Source: Escherichia coli
GTDB lineage: Bacteria > Pseudomonadota > Gammaproteobacteria > Enterobacterales > Enterobacteriaceae
NCBI RefSeq assembly: GCF_003991155.1
Contig: NZ_CP031293.1
DNA: 64,000 nucleotides
Reading direction: 5' to 3' (one strand)
The notes beneath the pieces were generated by a model, which was given only the letters and a program-made list of their open reading frames with translations, had not been told where the DNA came from and ran no database searches. Shown here piece by piece: positions 32,117 to 47,070 of the stretch (position 1 is the stretch's first letter; each line of letters begins with the position of its first letter). The position numbers were made by a program, and so were the translations under genes.

Positions 32117-34990
32117 ATGACACAGACGTTAAGCCAGCTTGAAAACAGCGGCGCTTTTATTGAACGCCATATCGGACCGGACGCCGCGCAACAGCAAGAA
32201 ATGCTGAATGCCGTTGGCGCACAATCGTTAAACGCGCTGACCGGCCAGATTGTACCGAAAGATATTCAGCTTGCGACCCCGCCGCAGGTTGGCGCACCGG
32301 CGACCGAATACGCCGCGCTGGCGGAACTCAAGGCTATTGCCAGTCGCAATAAACGCTTCACGTCTTACATCGGCATGGGTTACACCGCCGTGCAGCTACC
32401 GCCGGTTATTCTGCGTAACATGCTGGAAAATCCGGGCTGGTATACCGCGTATACTCCGTATCAACCTGAAGTCTCCCAGGGCCGCCTTGAGGCACTGCTC
32501 AACTTCCAGCAGGTAACGCTGGATTTGACTGGACTGGATATGGCCTCTGCTTCTCTTCTGGACGAGGCCACCGCTGCCGCCGAAGCAATGGCGATGGCTA
32601 AACGCGTCAGCAAACTGAAAAATGCCAACCGCTTCTTTGTTGCTTCTGACGTTCATCCGCAAACGCTCGATGTGGTCCGTACTCGTGCTGAAACCTTTGG
32701 TTTTGAAGTGATTGTCGATGACGCGCAAAAAGTGCTCGACCACCAGGACGTCTTCGGCGTGCTGTTACAGCAGGTCGGCACTACTGGTGAAATTCACGAC
32801 TACACCACGCTTATTAGCGAACTGAAATCACGCAAAATTGTGGTCAGTGTCGCCGCCGATATTATGGCGCTGGTGCTGTTAACTGCGCCGGGTAAACAGG
32901 GCGCGGATATTGTTTTTGGTTCGGCGCAACGCTTTGGCGTACCGATGGGCTACGGTGGCCCACACGCGGCATTCTTTGCGGCGAAAGACGAATACAAACG
33001 CTCAATGCCGGGCCGTATTATCGGTGTATCGAAAGATGCAGCTGGCAACACCGCTCTGCGCATGGCGATGCAGACTCGCGAGCAACATATTCGTCGTGAG
33101 AAAGCGAACTCCAACATTTGTACTTCCCAGGTGCTGCTGGCAAACATCGCCAGCCTGTATGCCGTTTATCACGGCCCGGTTGGCCTGAAACGTATCGCTA
33201 ACCGCATTCACCGTCTGACCGATATCCTGGCGGCAGGCCTGCAACAAAAAGGTCTGAAGCTGCGCCATGCGCACTATTTCGACACTCTGTGTGTGGAAGT
33301 GGCCGACAAGGCGGGCGTACTGGCGCGTGCCGAAGCGGCTGAAATCAACCTGCGTAGCGATATCCTGAACGCGGTTGGGATCACCCTTGATGAAACCACC
33401 ACGCGCGAAAACGTGATGCAGCTTTTCAGCGTACTGCTGGGGGATAACCACGGACTGGACATCGACACGCTGGACAAAGACGTGGCTCACGATAGCCGCT
33501 CTATTCAGCCTGCAATGTTGCGCGACGACGAAATCCTCACCCATCCGGTGTTTAATCGCTACCACAGCGAAACCGAAATGATGCGCTATATGCACTCGCT
33601 GGAGCGTAAAGATCTGGCGCTGAATCAGGCGATGATCCCGCTGGGTTCCTGCACCATGAAACTGAACGCCGCCGCCGAGATGATCCCCATCACCTGGCCG
33701 GAATTTGCCGAACTGCACCCGTTCTGCCCGCCGGAACAGGCCGAAGGTTATCAGCAGATGATTGCGCAACTGGCTGACTGGCTGGTGAAACTGACCGGTT
33801 ACGACGCCGTTTGTATGCAGCCGAACTCTGGCGCACAGGGCGAATATGCGGGCCTGCTGGCGATTCGTCATTATCATGAAAGCCGCAACGAAGGGCATCG
33901 CGATATCTGCTTGATCCCGGCTTCTGCGCACGGAACTAACCCCGCTTCTGCACATATGGCAGGAATGCAGGTGGTAGTTGTGGCATGTGATAAAAATGGC
34001 AACATCGATCTGACTGACCTGCGCGCGAAAGCGGAACAAGCGGGCGATAATCTCTCCTGCATCATGGTGACTTATCCTTCCACCCACGGCGTGTACGAAG
34101 AAACGATCCGTGAAGTGTGTGAAGTCGTGCATCAGTTCGGCGGTCAGGTTTACCTTGATGGCGCGAACATGAACGCCCAGGTCGGCATCACCTCACCGGG
34201 CTTTATTGGCGCGGACGTTTCGCACCTTAACCTGCATAAAACTTTCTGCATTCCGCACGGTGGCGGCGGCCCAGGTATGGGACCGATCGGCGTGAAAGCG
34301 CATCTGGCACCGTTTGTGCCAGGTCATAGCGTGGTACAAATTGAAGGCATGTTAACCCGTCAGGGCGCGGTTTCTGCGGCACCGTTCGGTAGCGCATCCA
34401 TTCTGCCAATCAGCTGGATGTACATCCGCATGATGGGCGCAGAAGGGCTGAAAAAAGCAAGCCAGGTGGCAATTCTTAACGCCAACTATATTGCCAGCCG
34501 CCTGCAGGATGCTTTCCCAGTGCTGTATACCGGTCGCGACGGTCGCGTGGCGCACGAATGTATTCTTGATATTCGTCCGCTGAAAGAAGAAACCGGCATC
34601 AGCGAACTGGATATTGCCAAGCGTCTGATCGACTACGGTTTCCACGCGCCGACGATGTCGTTCCCGGTGGCGGGTACGCTGATGGTTGAACCGACTGAAT
34701 CTGAAAGCAAAGTGGAACTGGATCGCTTTATCGACGCGATGCTGGCTATCCGCGCAGAAATCGACCAGGTGAAAGCCGGAGCCTGGCCGCTGGAAGATAA
34801 CCCGCTGGTGAACGCGCCGCACATTCAGAGCGAACTGGTCGCCGAGTGGGCGCATCCGTACAGCCGTGAAATTGCGGTATTCCCGGCAGGCGTGGCAGAC
34901 AAATACTGGCCGACAGTGAAACGTCTGGATGATGTTTACGGCGACCGTAACCTGTTCTGCTCCTGCGTACCGATTAGCGAATACCAGTAA
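32117..34990 (+). CDS. gcvP: Glycine dehydrogenase (decarboxylating), glycine cleavage P protein, 957 aa
   Basis: ORF 32033..34990 trimmed to [30 protein letters not shown]. Confidence 0.95.
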   Translation: MTQTLSQLENSGAFIERHIGPDAAQQQEMLNAVGAQSLNALTGQIVPKDIQLATPPQVGAPATEYAALAELKAIASRNKRFTSYIGMGYTAVQLPPVILRNMLENPGWYTAYTPYQPEVSQGRLEALLNFQQVTLDLTGLDMASASLLDEATAAAEAMAMAKRVSKLKNANRFFVASDVHPQTLDVVRTRAETFGFEVIVDDAQKVLDHQDVFGVLLQQVGTTGEIHDYTTLISELKSRKIVVSVAADIMALVLLTAPGKQGADIVFGSAQRFGVPMGYGGPHAAFFAAKDEYKRSMPGRIIGVSKDAAGNTALRMAMQTREQHIRREKANSNICTSQVLLANIASLYAVYHGPVGLKRIANRIHRLTDILAAGLQQKGLKLRHAHYFDTLCVEVADKAGVLARAEAAEINLRSDILNAVGITLDETTTRENVMQLFSVLLGDNHGLDIDTLDKDVAHDSRSIQPAMLRDDEILTHPVFNRYHSETEMMRYMHSLERKDLALNQAMIPLGSCTMKLNAAAEMIPITWPEFAELHPFCPPEQAEGYQQMIAQLADWLVKLTGYDAVCMQPNSGAQGEYAGLLAIRHYHESRNEGHRDICLIPASAHGTNPASAHMAGMQVVVVACDKNGNIDLTDLRAKAEQAGDNLSCIMVTYPSTHGVYEETIREVCEVVHQFGGQVYLDGANMNAQVGITSPGFIGADVSHLNLHKTFCIPHGGGGPGMGPIGVKAHLAPFVPGHSVVQIEGMLTRQGAVSAAPFGSASILPISWMYIRMMGAEGLKKASQVAILNANYIASRLQDAFPVLYTGRDGRVAHECILDIRPLKEETGISELDIAKRLIDYGFHAPTMSFPVAGTLMVEPTESESKVELDRFIDAMLAIRAEIDQVKAGAWPLEDNPLVNAPHIQSELVAEWAHPYSREIAVFPAGVADKYWPTVKRLDDVYGDRNLFCSCVPISEYQ

Positions 34991-35012
34991 TTTACTGATT
35001 CGACTATCTTCT

Positions 35013-35036
35013 AAAGGCGCTTCGGCGCCTTTTTAG
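35013..35036 (+). terminator. Intrinsic terminator after gcvP
   Basis: aaaggcgcttcggcgcc hairpin followed by ttttt. Confidence 0.75.
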
Positions 35037-35117
35037 CTTGTTAATAAAGTGCGCTTTGTGTGTCGGATGAAGCGTAAATATAAACTCCTGGAGTTCAATA
35101 TATGACAGGAGCGCCAG

Positions 35118-35142
35118 GCCTGATGAGCGGGGCGCATCAGGC
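35118..35142. repeat. REP-like palindrome just downstream of the bglA stop
   Basis: gcctgatgagcggggcgcatcaggc, a perfect 8-bp-arm palindrome resembling REP cores. Confidence 0.45.
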
Positions 35143-35153
35143 ACATCGGGTAA

Positions 35154-36614
<1,461 letters not shown>

Positions 36615-36631
36615 TTACAGGAAATAGTACC

Positions 36632-36943
36632 ATGCAGCCAAACGACATCACTTTTTTTCAACGTTTCCAGGATGACATTCTGGCTGGGCGTAAAACTATC
36701 ACCATCCGCGACGAGTCTGAATCGCACTTCAAAACGGGTGATGTGCTTCGTGTCGGGCGTTTTGAAGATGACGGTTATTTTTGCACGATTGAAGTCACCG
36801 CAACCTCAACCGTAACGCTGGATACGCTGACGGAAAAACATGCAGAGCAGGAGAATATGACCCTGCTAGAACTGAAAAAGGTCATTGCCGACATCTATCC
36901 CGGCCAGACACAGTTTTATGTGATTGAATTTAAATGCCTTTAA
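36632..36943 (+). CDS. yqfB: ASCH-domain protein YqfB, 103 aa
   Basis: ORF 36632..36943. Confidence 0.85.
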   Translation: MQPNDITFFQRFQDDILAGRKTITIRDESESHFKTGDVLRVGRFEDDGYFCTIEVTATSTVTLDTLTEKHAEQENMTLLELKKVIADIYPGQTQFYVIEFKCL

Positions 36944-37103
36944 ATTGAACTCACGCCTGTTAGTTGAAATTTTGCATTTAATTTCATGATTTTTAGGAGA
37001 TTAGTCCCAAATCAGAATTTATTTTAGCTAACAGGTGTTCACTGGAACTATTCTCAGTTACGCTGGAGAGGTATACATGTGCGTGTACGTTTCTCCGGAG
37101 TAA

Positions 37104-37766
<663 letters not shown>

Positions 37767-37842
37767 TGGGTGTGCCTTTGTAGGCCTGAAAAGACACACC
37801 CTTGTCGCATCAGGCGATAAATGCATGATGCGACACAGAGAT

Positions 37843-38823
37843 TTACTCTTCGAGTGAATACGGCAGCGGCTCGATATGCAATGTATTCGCATCGTCACGC
37901 ACGCGGAAGATGCTGTCCGGTTCCATATCGTTATTCATGACGACCTGTACCACGACCTGACCATCTTCCAGTTTTACCGCAGCCAGCACGGTTCCGGTAC
38001 GACGCCAGTTCTCGCCCATTTTCAGCTCTAAGTCTTCACCGGCTTCCGGCAGTCGGCTGGCGCTACCCGTCAGCAACCAGAGCGCGCGTTTGTTGGCACC
38101 ACGGAATTTAGCTCGCGCCACCATCTCTTGTCCGGTATAGCAGCCTTTTTTAAAGCTGATGCCGCCCAGCGCCTGGAGGTTGGTCGCCTGTGGGATAAAC
38201 TGCCCGCTGTTGGCGGCATCAATCACCGGGAAACCCGCTTCAATGTTTAATGCCAGCCACTGTTGGCTATTGTTCAGTTCCGCTTCACCGCGCAGTTTAT
38301 CGGTCAGCATATTGGCAGTGGCTTCATCGGTTACGATCAGGAAACGTTCTGCAGGGTGTTCAAACCATAGCAAAGTGGTCGCGCCTTCTTTAACTACCTG
38401 TTTTTCTTTCGAAGGCAGTTCACTAAAGATATTTGCCAGCGCGGCGCGCGCCTGAAAACCGGCAACACCAAGCAGCACACGCTCATCGTCCGGCGCGATG
38501 GTCACTTTAGAGAACACCGCATATTTTTTCAGTTCAGTCAGCTGCGGTTCACGCACACTGCGCCGTTCAATCCATGCAAAGCCATCGCCGTCGCGGAACA
38601 GACGTAAATTGCTCCACATTTTACCTTTGGCGTCGCAATGGGCGGCGAGCAGATGCTGATTTTCTGTCATCTGGCTGACATCTGCTGTCACCTGACCCTG
38701 CATATATTTTTCGCTGTCCGCGCCAGTAATGGTGGCAAGCGCCCAGTCATCAAGCGTTATCAGCGTCAGCGGTAAACGGGCAGACGCCGTAGGCTGACGG
38801 GGAGGAAAAGGTGTAAAAGCCAT
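37843..38823 (-). CDS. ygfZ: Folate-binding Fe-S cluster repair/tRNA-modification protein, 326 aa
   Basis: ORF 37843..38823; matches recalled YgfZ including the conserved KGCYTGQE motif. Confidence 0.92.
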   Translation of the reverse strand: MAFTPFPPRQPTASARLPLTLITLDDWALATITGADSEKYMQGQVTADVSQMTENQHLLAAHCDAKGKMWSNLRLFRDGDGFAWIERRSVREPQLTELKKYAVFSKVTIAPDDERVLLGVAGFQARAALANIFSELPSKEKQVVKEGATTLLWFEHPAERFLIVTDEATANMLTDKLRGEAELNNSQQWLALNIEAGFPVIDAANSGQFIPQATNLQALGGISFKKGCYTGQEMVARAKFRGANKRALWLLTGSASRLPEAGEDLELKMGENWRRTGTVLAAVKLEDGQVVVQVVMNNDMEPDSIFRVRDDANTLHIEPLPYSLEE

Positions 38824-39053
38824 AATAGAGTCCTGAGTTGCTTAACGGCGTATTAATGACTAATGGTAAAAGAGCTATGAGGCAATGCAAGTGCTTTCAC
38901 TACGCGATCTGTGCCTTCTGCGAGGCGACTTCCAAAAAAATGAAGCCCTTGAATTGTTGTGAATTAATTTCGCGATCGCGATTGTGTTTACTGATATTCC
39001 CGCAAAAGAAGTCGAAAAACACGTTACAATAGCCAGGTACTGGATTTTCGTGA

Positions 39054-39720
<667 letters not shown>

Positions 39721-39759
39721 AGATGACGGCAAAGCATATGCGCTAAGCCGTCAGTGACA

Positions 39760-40281
39760 TCAGGCGTAATGCTCTGCCATTTCGTTGAGGATTTGCTCGC
39801 ACCAGTTCTGAATACGCTCGTCGCTAAGGTCATATTGGTTAGTTTCGTCCAGCGCCAGACCCACGAACAGTTGCCCGTCAGCAATCACCGGTTTCGGGCT
39901 GGTAAACTCATATCCTTCCGTTGGCCAGTAGCCGACGAACTTCACGCCTTTGGTCGAGAGCTTGTCATGCAGTATACCGAGCGCATCGAGGAACCACTCG
40001 CCGTATCCCAGTTGATCGCCAAGCCCATACAGCGCAACAATTTTACCTTCGAGGTTCAGGTCGTCGAGCTGATCCCAGACGGCTTCCCAGTCTTCCTGGA
40101 TTTCACCAAAATCCCAGGTCGGGATACCCAGAATGAGCACATCGTACTGCTCCATTAATTTCGGGGAGTCGTCCTTGAGGTTATGTAAGGTCACCAGTTC
40201 TGGGCCGATAATATCGCGGATTTTTTCTGCCGCCATTTCGGTGTAACAGGTGCTGGAACCGTAAAAAAGACCCATATTCAT
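39760..40281 (-). CDS. fldB: Flavodoxin 2, 173 aa
   Basis: ORF 39760..40281 ([21 protein letters not shown]...). Confidence 0.92.
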   Translation of the reverse strand: MNMGLFYGSSTCYTEMAAEKIRDIIGPELVTLHNLKDDSPKLMEQYDVLILGIPTWDFGEIQEDWEAVWDQLDDLNLEGKIVALYGLGDQLGYGEWFLDALGILHDKLSTKGVKFVGYWPTEGYEFTSPKPVIADGQLFVGLALDETNQYDLSDERIQNWCEQILNEMAEHYA

Positions 40282-40392
40282 AACGTAAGCTTCTCGATTC
40301 TGCTGTGGCTTTTGTGGCTAGTGTATCAGAATCGCTTTAGTCACGGCACAATAAGGCATAATGGATCAAATGAGTGACCATAAGGGGCGCAA

Positions 40393-41289
40393 GTGAAACA
40401 GGATCTGGCACGCATCGAGCAGTTTCTTGATGCTCTGTGGCTGGAAAAAAATCTGGCTGAAAATACGTTGAACGCTTACCGTCGCGATCTGTCAATGATG
40501 GTGGAGTGGTTGCATCACCGCGGGTTGACGCTGGCGACGGCGCAAAGTGACGATTTGCAGGCATTACTGGCAGAACGGCTGGAGGGCGGGTATAAAGCCA
40601 CCAGCTCAGCGCGTTTGCTGAGTGCAGTGCGCCGATTGTTCCAGTATCTTTATCGCGAAAAGTTTCGTGAAGACGATCCCAGTGCGCATCTTGCTTCACC
40701 GAAATTGCCCCAGCGTTTGCCAAAAGATTTAAGCGAAGCGCAGGTCGAACGTTTATTACAGGCACCATTAATTGATCAGCCACTGGAGCTACGCGATAAA
40801 GCCATGCTTGAAGTGTTGTATGCTACCGGGCTGCGTGTCTCTGAACTGGTCGGGCTGACAATGAGTGATATCAGCCTGCGTCAGGGCGTAGTGCGGGTCA
40901 TTGGTAAAGGCAACAAAGAGCGCCTGGTGCCGTTAGGTGAAGAGGCGGTTTACTGGCTGGAAACGTATCTCGAGCATGGGCGACCGTGGTTGTTGAACGG
41001 TGTCTCTATTGATGTGTTGTTCCCCAGCCAGCGTGCGCAGCAGATGACGCGACAGACCTTCTGGCACCGCATTAAACATTATGCCGTGCTGGCGGGTATC
41101 GACAGCGAAAAGCTGTCACCGCATGTCTTGCGTCACGCTTTTGCCACTCATTTATTAAATCATGGTGCGGATTTACGCGTGGTGCAGATGCTACTGGGCC
41201 ACAGCGATCTCTCCACCACGCAAATTTATACGCATGTCGCTACCGAGCGTCTGCGGCAACTTCATCAACAGCATCACCCGCGGGCGTGA
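40393..41289 (+). CDS. xerD: Site-specific tyrosine recombinase XerD, 298 aa
   Basis: ORF 40393..41289 with GTG start; C-terminal RHAFATHLL and catalytic Tyr region (TQIYTHV). Confidence 0.95.
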   Translation: MKQDLARIEQFLDALWLEKNLAENTLNAYRRDLSMMVEWLHHRGLTLATAQSDDLQALLAERLEGGYKATSSARLLSAVRRLFQYLYREKFREDDPSAHLASPKLPQRLPKDLSEAQVERLLQAPLIDQPLELRDKAMLEVLYATGLRVSELVGLTMSDISLRQGVVRVIGKGNKERLVPLGEEAVYWLETYLEHGRPWLLNGVSIDVLFPSQRAQQMTRQTFWHRIKHYAVLAGIDSEKLSPHVLRHAFATHLLNHGADLRVVQMLLGHSDLSTTQIYTHVATERLRQLHQQHHPRA

Positions 41290-41313
41290 TGTCTGAAAAG
41301 AACGGGAAGATTT

Positions 41314-42024
41314 ATGAAGAAAGGTTTTATGTTGTTTACTTTGTTAGCGGCGTTTTCAGGCTTTGCTCAGGCTGATGACGCGGCAATTCAACAAACGTTA
41401 GCCAAAATGGGCATCAAAAGCAGCGATATTCAGCCCGCGCCCGTAGCTGGCATGAAGACAGTTCTGACTAACAGCGGTGTGTTGTACATCACCGATGATG
41501 GTAAACATATCATTCAGGGGCCAATGTATGACGTTAGTGGCACAGCTCCGGTCAATGTCACCAATAAGATGCTGTTAAAGCAGTTGAATGCGCTTGAAAA
41601 AGAGATGATCGTTTATAAAGCGCCACAGGAAAAACACGTCATCACCGTGTTTACTGATATTACCTGTGGTTACTGCCACAAACTGCATGAGCAAATGGCA
41701 GACTACAACGCACTGGGGATCACCGTGCGTTATCTTGCTTTCCCACGCCAGGGGCTGGAGAGCCAGGCTGAGCAACAAATGAAAGCCATCTGGTGTGCGA
41801 AAGATAAAAACAAAGCGTTTGATGATGTGATGGCTGGTAAAGCTGCCACTCCGGCAAGTTGCGATATCGATATTGCCGATCATTACGCACTTGGCGTCCA
41901 GCTTGGCGTTAGCGGCACTCCGGCAATTGTGCTGAGCAATGGCACACTTGTTCCGGGTTACCAGCCACCGAAAGACATGAAAGAATTCCTCGACGAACAC
42001 CAAAAAATGACCAGCGGTAAATAA
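41314..42024 (+). CDS. dsbC: Periplasmic disulfide isomerase DsbC, 236 aa
   Basis: ORF 41314..42024; signal peptide and CGYC active site. Confidence 0.95.
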   Translation: MKKGFMLFTLLAAFSGFAQADDAAIQQTLAKMGIKSSDIQPAPVAGMKTVLTNSGVLYITDDGKHIIQGPMYDVSGTAPVNVTNKMLLKQLNALEKEMIVYKAPQEKHVITVFTDITCGYCHKLHEQMADYNALGITVRYLAFPRQGLESQAEQQMKAIWCAKDKNKAFDDVMAGKAATPASCDIDIADHYALGVQLGVSGTPAIVLSNGTLVPGYQPPKDMKEFLDEHQKMTSGK

Positions 42025-42029
42025 TTCGC

Positions 42030-43763
42030 GTGAAACAACAGATACAACTTCGTCGCCGTGAAGTCGATGAAACGGCAGACTTGCCCGCTGAATTGCCTCC
42101 CTTGCTGCGCCGTTTATACGCCAGCCGGGGAGTACGCAGTGCGCAAGAACTGAAACGCAGTGTTAAAGGTATGTTGCCCTGGCAGCAACTGAGCGGCGTC
42201 GAAAAGGCCGTTGAGATCCTTTACAACGCTTTTCGCGAAGGAACGCGGATTATTGTGGTCGGTGATTTCGACGCCGACGGCGCGACCAGCACGGCTCTAA
42301 GCGTGCTGGCGATGCGCTCGCTTGGTTGCAGCAATATCGACTACCTGGTACCAAACCGTTTCGAAGACGGTTACGGCTTAAGCCCGGAAGTGGTCGATCA
42401 GGCTCATGCCCGTGGCGCGCAGTTAATTGTCACGGTGGATAACGGTATTTCCTCCCATGCGGGGGTTGAACACGCTCGTTCGTTGGGCATTCCGGTTATT
42501 GTTACCGATCACCATTTGCCAGGCGACACATTACCCGCAGCGGAAGCGATCATTAACCCTAACTTGCGCGACTGTAATTTCCCGTCGAAATCACTGGCAG
42601 GCGTGGGTGTGGCGTTTTATCTGATGCTGGCGCTGCGCACCTTTTTGCGCGATCAGGGCTGGTTTGATGAGCGCGGCATCGCAATTCCTAATCTGGCAGA
42701 ACTGCTGGATCTGGTCGCGCTGGGAACAGTGGCGGACGTCGTGCCGCTGGACGCTAATAATCGCATTCTGACCTGGCAGGGGATGAGTCGCATCCGTGCC
42801 GGTAAGTGCCGTCCGGGGATTAAAGCGCTGCTGGAAGTGGCAAATCGCGATGCGCAAAAACTCGCCGCCAGCGATTTAGGTTTTGCGCTGGGGCCACGTC
42901 TCAATGCTGCCGGGCGACTGGATGATATGTCCGTTGGTGTGGCGCTGTTGCTGTGCGACAACATCGGCGAAGCGCGCGTGCTGGCAAATGAACTCGATGC
43001 GCTAAACCAGACGCGAAAAGAGATCGAACAAGGAATGCAGATTGAAGCCCTGACCCTGTGCGAGAAACTGGAGCGCAGCCGTGACACACTACCCGGCGGG
43101 CTGGCAATGTATCACCCCGAATGGCATCAGGGCGTGGTCGGTATTCTGGCTTCGCGCATCAAAGAGCGTTTTCACCGTCCGGTTATCGCCTTTGCGCCAG
43201 CAGGTGATGGTACGCTGAAAGGTTCCGGTCGCTCCATTCAGGGGCTACATATGCGTGATGCGCTGGAGCGGTTAGACACGCTCTACCCTGGCATGATGCT
43301 CAAGTTTGGCGGTCATGCGATGGCGGCGGGTTTGTCGCTGGAAGAGGATAAATTCGAACTCTTTCAACAACGGTTTGGCGAACTGGTTACCGAGTGGTTA
43401 GATCCTTCTTTATTGCAAGGGGAAGTGGTATCAGACGGCCCATTAAGTGCGGCAGAGATGACCATGGAAGTGGCGCAACTGCTGCGTGATGCTGGCCCGT
43501 GGGGACAAATGTTCCCGGAGCCGCTGTTTGACGGTCATTTCCGTCTGCTGCAACAGCGGCTGGTGGGCGAGCGTCATTTGAAAGTCATGGTCGAGCCGGT
43601 CGGCGGCGGTCCACTGCTGGACGGGATTGCTTTTAATGTCGATACTGCCCTCTGGCCGGATAACGGCGTGCGCGAAGTGCAACTGGCTTACAAGCTCGAT
43701 ATCAACGAGTTTCGCGGCAACCGAAGCCTGCAAATTATCATCGACAATATCTGGCCAATTTAG
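42030..43763 (+). CDS. recJ: Single-stranded-DNA-specific 5'-3' exonuclease RecJ, 577 aa
   Basis: ORF 42030..43763 with GTG start; DHH motifs (VVGDFDADGATS, TDHH). Confidence 0.95.
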   Translation: MKQQIQLRRREVDETADLPAELPPLLRRLYASRGVRSAQELKRSVKGMLPWQQLSGVEKAVEILYNAFREGTRIIVVGDFDADGATSTALSVLAMRSLGCSNIDYLVPNRFEDGYGLSPEVVDQAHARGAQLIVTVDNGISSHAGVEHARSLGIPVIVTDHHLPGDTLPAAEAIINPNLRDCNFPSKSLAGVGVAFYLMLALRTFLRDQGWFDERGIAIPNLAELLDLVALGTVADVVPLDANNRILTWQGMSRIRAGKCRPGIKALLEVANRDAQKLAASDLGFALGPRLNAAGRLDDMSVGVALLLCDNIGEARVLANELDALNQTRKEIEQGMQIEALTLCEKLERSRDTLPGGLAMYHPEWHQGVVGILASRIKERFHRPVIAFAPAGDGTLKGSGRSIQGLHMRDALERLDTLYPGMMLKFGGHAMAAGLSLEEDKFELFQQRFGELVTEWLDPSLLQGEVVSDGPLSAAEMTMEVAQLLRDAGPWGQMFPEPLFDGHFRLLQQRLVGERHLKVMVEPVGGGPLLDGIAFNVDTALWPDNGVREVQLAYKLDINEFRGNRSLQIIIDNIWPI

Positions 43764-43853
43764 CGTCATCTTCTCTATAAAAAAGAGCGTGGATTGGGTA
43801 CAATCCCGCTCTTATCACCGCATTTTGACTAGCTCAATAAAAGAAATCAGACC

Positions 43854-44952
43854 ATGTTTGAAATTAATCCGGTAAATAATCGCATTCAGGACCTCACGGA
43901 ACGCTCCGACGTTCTTAGGGGGTATCTTTGACTACGACGCCAAGAAAGAGCGTCTGGAAGAAGTAAACGCCGAGCTGGAACAGCCGGATGTCTGGAACGA
44001 ACCCGAACGCGCACAGGCGCTGGGTAAAGAGCGTTCCTCCCTCGAAGCCGTTGTCGACACCCTCGACCAAATGAAACAGGGGCTGGAAGATGTTTCTGGT
44101 CTGCTGGAACTGGCTGTAGAAGCTGACGACGAAGAAACCTTTAACGAAGCCGTTGCTGAACTCGACGCTCTGGAAGAAAAACTGGCGCAGCTTGAGTTCC
44201 GCCGTATGTTCTCTGGCGAATATGACAGCGCCGACTGCTACCTCGATATTCAGGCGGGGTCTGGCGGCACGGAAGCACAGGACTGGGCGAGCATGCTTGA
44301 GCGTATGTATCTGCGCTGGGCAGAATCGCGTGGTTTCAAAACTGAAATCATCGAAGAGTCGGAAGGTGAAGTGGCGGGTATTAAATCCGTGACGATCAAA
44401 ATCTCCGGCGATTACGCTTACGGCTGGCTGCGTACGGAAACCGGCGTTCACCGCCTGGTGCGTAAGAGCCCGTTTGACTCCGGCGGTCGTCGCCACACGT
44501 CGTTCAGCTCCGCGTTTGTTTACCCGGAAGTTGATGATGATATTGATATCGAAATCAACCCGGCGGATCTGCGCATTGACGTTTATCGCGCGTCCGGCGC
44601 GGGCGGTCAGCACGTTAACCGTACCGAATCTGCGGTGCGTATTACCCACATCCCGACCGGGATCGTGACCCAGTGCCAGAACGACCGTTCCCAGCACAAG
44701 AACAAAGACCAGGCCATGAAGCAGATGAAAGCGAAGCTTTATGAACTGGAGATGCAGAAGAAAAATGCTGAGAAACAGGCTATGGAAGATAACAAATCTG
44801 ACATCGGCTGGGGCAGCCAGATTCGTTCTTATGTCCTTGATGACTCCCGCATTAAAGATCTGCGCACCGGGGTAGAAACCCGCAACACGCAGGCCGTGCT
44901 GGACGGCAGCCTGGATCAATTTATCGAAGCAAGTTTGAAAGCAGGGTTATGA
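43854..44952 (+). CDS. prfB: Peptide chain release factor 2, expressed via +1 programmed frameshift (43854..43928 joined to 43930..44952), 365 aa
   Basis: Frame 0 [25 protein letters not shown] ends at in-frame TGA 43929-43931; the +1 frame continues [18 protein letters not shown]... to 44952 (listed ORF 44071..44952 is the same frame); SPF and GGQ motifs present. Confidence 0.93.
43914..43932 (+). promoter_or_regulatory. prfB autoregulatory +1 frameshift site
   Basis: agggggtatctttgac: internal Shine-Dalgarno-like AGGGGG, then CUU UGA C slippery/stop context. Confidence 0.9.
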
Positions 44953-44961
44953 GGAACCAAC

Positions 44962-46479
44962 ATGTCTGAACAAAACGCACAGGGCGCTGACGCGGTAGTC
45001 GATCTTAACAATGAACTGAAAACGCGTCGTGAGAAGCTGGCGAACCTGCGTGAGCAGGGGATTGCCTTCCCGAACGATTTCCGTCGCGATCATACCTCTG
45101 ACCAATTGCACGCAGAATTCGACGGTAAAGAGAACGAAGAACTGGAAGCGCTGAACATCGAAGTCGCCGTTGCTGGCCGCATGATGACCCGTCGTATTAT
45201 GGGTAAAGCGTCTTTCGTTACCCTGCAGGACGTTGGCGGTCGCATTCAGCTGTACGTTGCCCGTGACGATCTGCCGGAAGGCGTTTACAACGAGCAGTTC
45301 AAAAAATGGGACCTCGGCGATATCCTCGGCGCGAAAGGTAAACTGTTCAAAACCAAAACCGGCGAACTGTCTATCCACTGTACCGAGCTGCGTCTGCTGA
45401 CCAAAGCACTGCGTCCGCTGCCGGATAAATTCCACGGCTTGCAGGATCAGGAAGCGCGCTATCGTCAGCGTTATCTGGATCTCATCTCTAACGATGAATC
45501 CCGCAACACCTTTAAAGTGCGCTCGCAGATCCTCTCTGGTATTCGCCAGTTCATGGTGAACCGCGGCTTTATGGAAGTTGAAACGCCGATGATGCAGGTG
45601 ATCCCTGGCGGTGCCGCTGCGCGTCCGTTCATCACCCACCATAATGCGCTGGATCTCGACATGTACCTGCGTATCGCGCCGGAACTGTACCTCAAGCGTC
45701 TGGTGGTCGGTGGCTTCGAGCGTGTATTCGAAATCAACCGTAACTTCCGTAACGAAGGTATTTCCGTACGTCATAACCCAGAGTTCACCATGATGGAACT
45801 CTATATGGCTTACGCAGATTACAAAGATCTGATCGAGCTGACCGAATCGCTGTTCCGTACTCTGGCACAGGATATTCTCGGTAAGACGGAAGTGACCTAC
45901 GGCGACGTAACGCTGGACTTCGGTAAACCGTTCGAAAAACTGACCATGCGTGAAGCGATCAAGAAATATCGCCCGGAAACCGACATGGCGGATCTGGACA
46001 ACTTCGACTCTGCGAAAGCGATTGCTGAATCTATCGGCATCCACGTTGAGAAGAGCTGGGGTCTGGGCCGTATCGTTACCGAGATCTTCGAAGAAGTGGC
46101 AGAAGCACATCTGATCCAGCCGACCTTCATTACTGAATATCCGGCAGAAGTTTCTCCTCTGGCGCGTCGTAACGACGTTAACCCGGAAATCACAGACCGC
46201 TTTGAGTTCTTCATTGGTGGGCGTGAAATCGGTAACGGCTTTAGCGAGCTGAATGACGCGGAAGATCAGGCGCAGCGCTTCCTGGATCAGGTTGCCGCGA
46301 AAGATGCAGGTGACGACGAAGCGATGTTCTACGACGAAGATTATGTCACCGCACTGGAACATGGCTTACCGCCGACAGCAGGTCTGGGAATTGGTATCGA
46401 CCGTATGGTAATGCTGTTCACCAACAGCCATACCATCCGCGACGTTATTCTGTTCCCGGCGATGCGTCCGGTAAAATAA
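44962..46479 (+). CDS. lysS: Lysyl-tRNA synthetase (constitutive), 505 aa
   Basis: ORF 44962..46479; class II aaRS motifs; lies 9 bp after prfB. Confidence 0.95.
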   Translation: MSEQNAQGADAVVDLNNELKTRREKLANLREQGIAFPNDFRRDHTSDQLHAEFDGKENEELEALNIEVAVAGRMMTRRIMGKASFVTLQDVGGRIQLYVARDDLPEGVYNEQFKKWDLGDILGAKGKLFKTKTGELSIHCTELRLLTKALRPLPDKFHGLQDQEARYRQRYLDLISNDESRNTFKVRSQILSGIRQFMVNRGFMEVETPMMQVIPGGAAARPFITHHNALDLDMYLRIAPELYLKRLVVGGFERVFEINRNFRNEGISVRHNPEFTMMELYMAYADYKDLIELTESLFRTLAQDILGKTEVTYGDVTLDFGKPFEKLTMREAIKKYRPETDMADLDNFDSAKAIAESIGIHVEKSWGLGRIVTEIFEEVAEAHLIQPTFITEYPAEVSPLARRNDVNPEITDRFEFFIGGREIGNGFSELNDAEDQAQRFLDQVAAKDAGDDEAMFYDEDYVTALEHGLPPTAGLGIGIDRMVMLFTNSHTIRDVILFPAMRPVK

Positions 46480-46498
46480 GCATTACGTTATGCTCATA

Positions 46499-46524
46499 AC
46501 CCCGGCAAATGTCGGGGTTTTTTA
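46499..46524 (+). terminator. Intrinsic terminator after lysS, overlapping the convergent idi stop
   Basis: ccccggcaaatgtcgggg hairpin followed by ttttttaa. Confidence 0.7.
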
Positions 46525-47070
46525 ATTGTGCTGCGCGAAAGCAGACAACAATTTTCTTGCTTCACTATTGGCTGCCTGCATCACCATCCACGGACTGAAC
46601 GCCCACGGCGTGGCATCAATACCGTGTAATACATCTGCTAAATCACACCATTGATAATCCATCACTTCATCATCGTTGATCTGTAACGCACTGGTGGTGC
46701 GTGCGGCAAATACCGGACACACTTCATTTTCCACAATGCCATTCGGATCGGTGGCGCGATAGTAGAAGTCAGGATAGATAGATTCAGGAGGCGTAATTTC
46801 CACGCCAAGCTCATAACGGCAACGGCGGATCACCGCGTCTTCGTTGCTTTCTCCCAGTTGTGGGTGCCCACAAACCGAGTTAGTCCACACGCCAGGCCAC
46901 GCTTTTTTGCTAAGGGCGCGGCGGGTAACTAATAATTGCCCTTTGGCATTAAACAGCCAGCAGGAGAACGCGAGATGTAAGAGAGTGTCTGCCGTGTGTG
47001 CGGCATACTTTTCCAGCGTACCCGTGGGAACTCCCTGTGCATTCAATAAAATGACGTGTTCCGTTTGCAT
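46522..47070 (-). CDS. idi: Isopentenyl-diphosphate delta-isomerase (type 1, Nudix), 182 aa
   Basis: ORF 46522..47070 ([25 protein letters not shown]...). Confidence 0.93.
   Translation of the reverse strand: MQTEHVILLNAQGVPTGTLEKYAAHTADTLLHLAFSCWLFNAKGQLLVTRRALSKKAWPGVWTNSVCGHPQLGESNEDAVIRRCRYELGVEITPPESIYPDFYYRATDPNGIVENEVCPVFAARTTSALQINDDEVMDYQWCDLADVLHGIDATPWAFSPWMVMQAANSEARKLLSAFAQHN

Noticed and set aside
33002-34132. 376-aa ORF antisense to gcvP
   Set aside because: Entirely inside and antisense to a highly conserved gene; typical artefact of GC-rich coding sequence.
44947-46362. 471-aa ORF antisense to lysS, and 334-aa ORF (43915..44919) antisense to prfB
   Set aside because: Antisense shadows of essential genes; no start context and no plausible protein features.
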